Positions 63,047-64,000 of a DNA stretch of 64,000 bases are shown here, piece after piece; the first letter of the stretch is position 1; the number at the start of each line of letters is the position of its first letter. Both the position numbers and the translations under genes were made by a program. The DNA comes from Narcine bancroftii (taxonomy: Eukaryota). The DNA lies in the NCBI RefSeq assembly GCF_036971445.1, contig NC_091480.1, forward strand, positions 18,662,001-18,726,000. Direction: 5' to 3'. Below the pieces are notes generated by a model that saw only the letters and a program-made list of their open reading frames with translations, was not told the origin of the DNA and searched no databases.

Positions 63047-63176
63047 AAGTTGCAATGGCTATCTCGGAGCCTTTTGGTGGTCGAGGAATACCTGGCCTTT
63101 TTAAGCAACTTAGTGTCAGCGCAGACAGTCTACCTGAGGTCTTGTCTTCGTATGGTTGTCTCCAATTTTGTACCAG
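63047..63176 (+). CDS. RRN3: RRN3 coding exon; gene continues beyond the window
   Basis: tttcag| KLQWLSRSLLVVEEYLAFLSNLVSAQTVYLRSCLRMVVSNFVP |gtgata; matches RRN3 VVEEYLAFLGNLVSAQTV. Confidence 0.95.
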
Positions 63177-63344
63177 GTGATATATTTGTTTTTTAATTTT
63201 TTAAATACTGTTTAACTGGGTACCTTACATCTTTTAAAAGTGCATGAGAATGCCTTTGTGTTTTGATTGAAGTTGTTTATCATGCTTTTGTTTACTTGTT
63301 TTTAAGTGCCAAATAAGGTTGTTGGGTGTGATTAGAACAACTTG

Positions 63345-63690
63345 AGAAATAGGAGCAGGAGTGCATAAGAACCTAAGAAATAGGATAATCAACGCCATTC
63401 AATGACTCCTCTCCACCAACCTGCCTTTTCCCCATTTCCCTTAATTCCTTTACTATGAAGAGATCTATCCAACCTTGTCTTAAATATATTTACTGAAGTT
63501 CCCTCCACTGCTTCAGTGGGCAGTAAATTCCATAGATTCAACACCCTCTGGGAAAAGCAGTTCCTCCTCATCTCTGTCCTAAATCCATTACCCTGAATCT
63601 TGAGCCTATATCTCCTAGTTCTCGTCTGCCGCTAACAATGGAAACAACTTGCCTCCCTCTAACTAATCTTTGCCTTTCATAATTTTATGT
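63345..63690 (-). mobile_element. CR1 LINE 3' fragment
   Basis: Minus-strand MRRNCFSQRVLNLWNLLP...FKTRLD. Confidence 0.75.
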
Positions 63691-63696
63691 TTCTAA

Positions 63697-63875
63697 GGGC
63701 AGCATGGTTGGCATAGCGGTTTGCTCAACGCCTTTACAGCGCTGGACCTGGGTGTTCAAATAAGGAGTTTGTGCATTTTCCCCATGTCTTTGTGGGTTTT
63801 CTCCAGGGACTCCGGTTTCATCCCACCCTTCAAAAAAAAACGAACGGGGTTGTAGGTTTATTGGGTGTAACACCG
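63697..63875 (+). mobile_element. tRNA-derived SINE (HE1/V-SINE-like), partial
   Basis: GGGCAGCATGGTTGGCATAGCGG head and GGAGTTTGTGCATTTTCCCC core shared with the other copies. Confidence 0.7.
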
Positions 63876-64000
63876 AAAAATTGGCCTATTTATATAAAAA
63901 AAATTAAATTTAGACATACAAGATCCTCTCTCATTTCTTTTAAATTCCATCGAGTACAGTCCCAGACAACTCCATCTCTCCTCATAGGCTAACCCTGGTG

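Noticed and set aside
3058-63875. tRNA genes at the tRNA-like heads near 3.1, 13.9, 20.7 and 63.7 kb
   Set aside because: Each continues into a shared SINE body and tail and does not form a full cloverleaf.

Overview
Vertebrate genomic DNA, most likely a cartilaginous fish (shark or ray). This is inferred from HE1/V-SINE-like SINEs and the CR1, L1, RTE and Penelope repeat mix. Four + strand genes are supported: (1) a complete 9-exon RSL1D1 (6849-26175, 445 aa); (2) a PIRT-like two-TM gene (47631-48023); (3) a TMEM238-like gene (50451-50933); (4) the 5' part of RRN3/TIF-IA (putative exon 1 near 59.6 kb, coding exons from 62080, running off the window). The rest is repeat-rich: a 56-bp satellite with higher-order structure interrupted by a young RTE fragment, G-rich and C-rich minisatellites in intron 1 of RSL1D1 and RRN3, a decayed hAT-like transposase element with a related TSD-flanked copy, a multi-level TE nest, solo LTRs and SINEs. 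There is no CRISPR array or prokaryotic system. The most notable points are the PIRT+TMEM238 pair beside RSL1D1/RRN3, an in-frame but stop-interrupted RRN3 upstream ATG, a duplicated E-box block in the RRN3 promoter, an intronic cluster of RBPJ-like motifs, and an RTE that replaces about 1.29 kb of a duplicated satellite block. All homology calls are from remembered motifs; no search was run.
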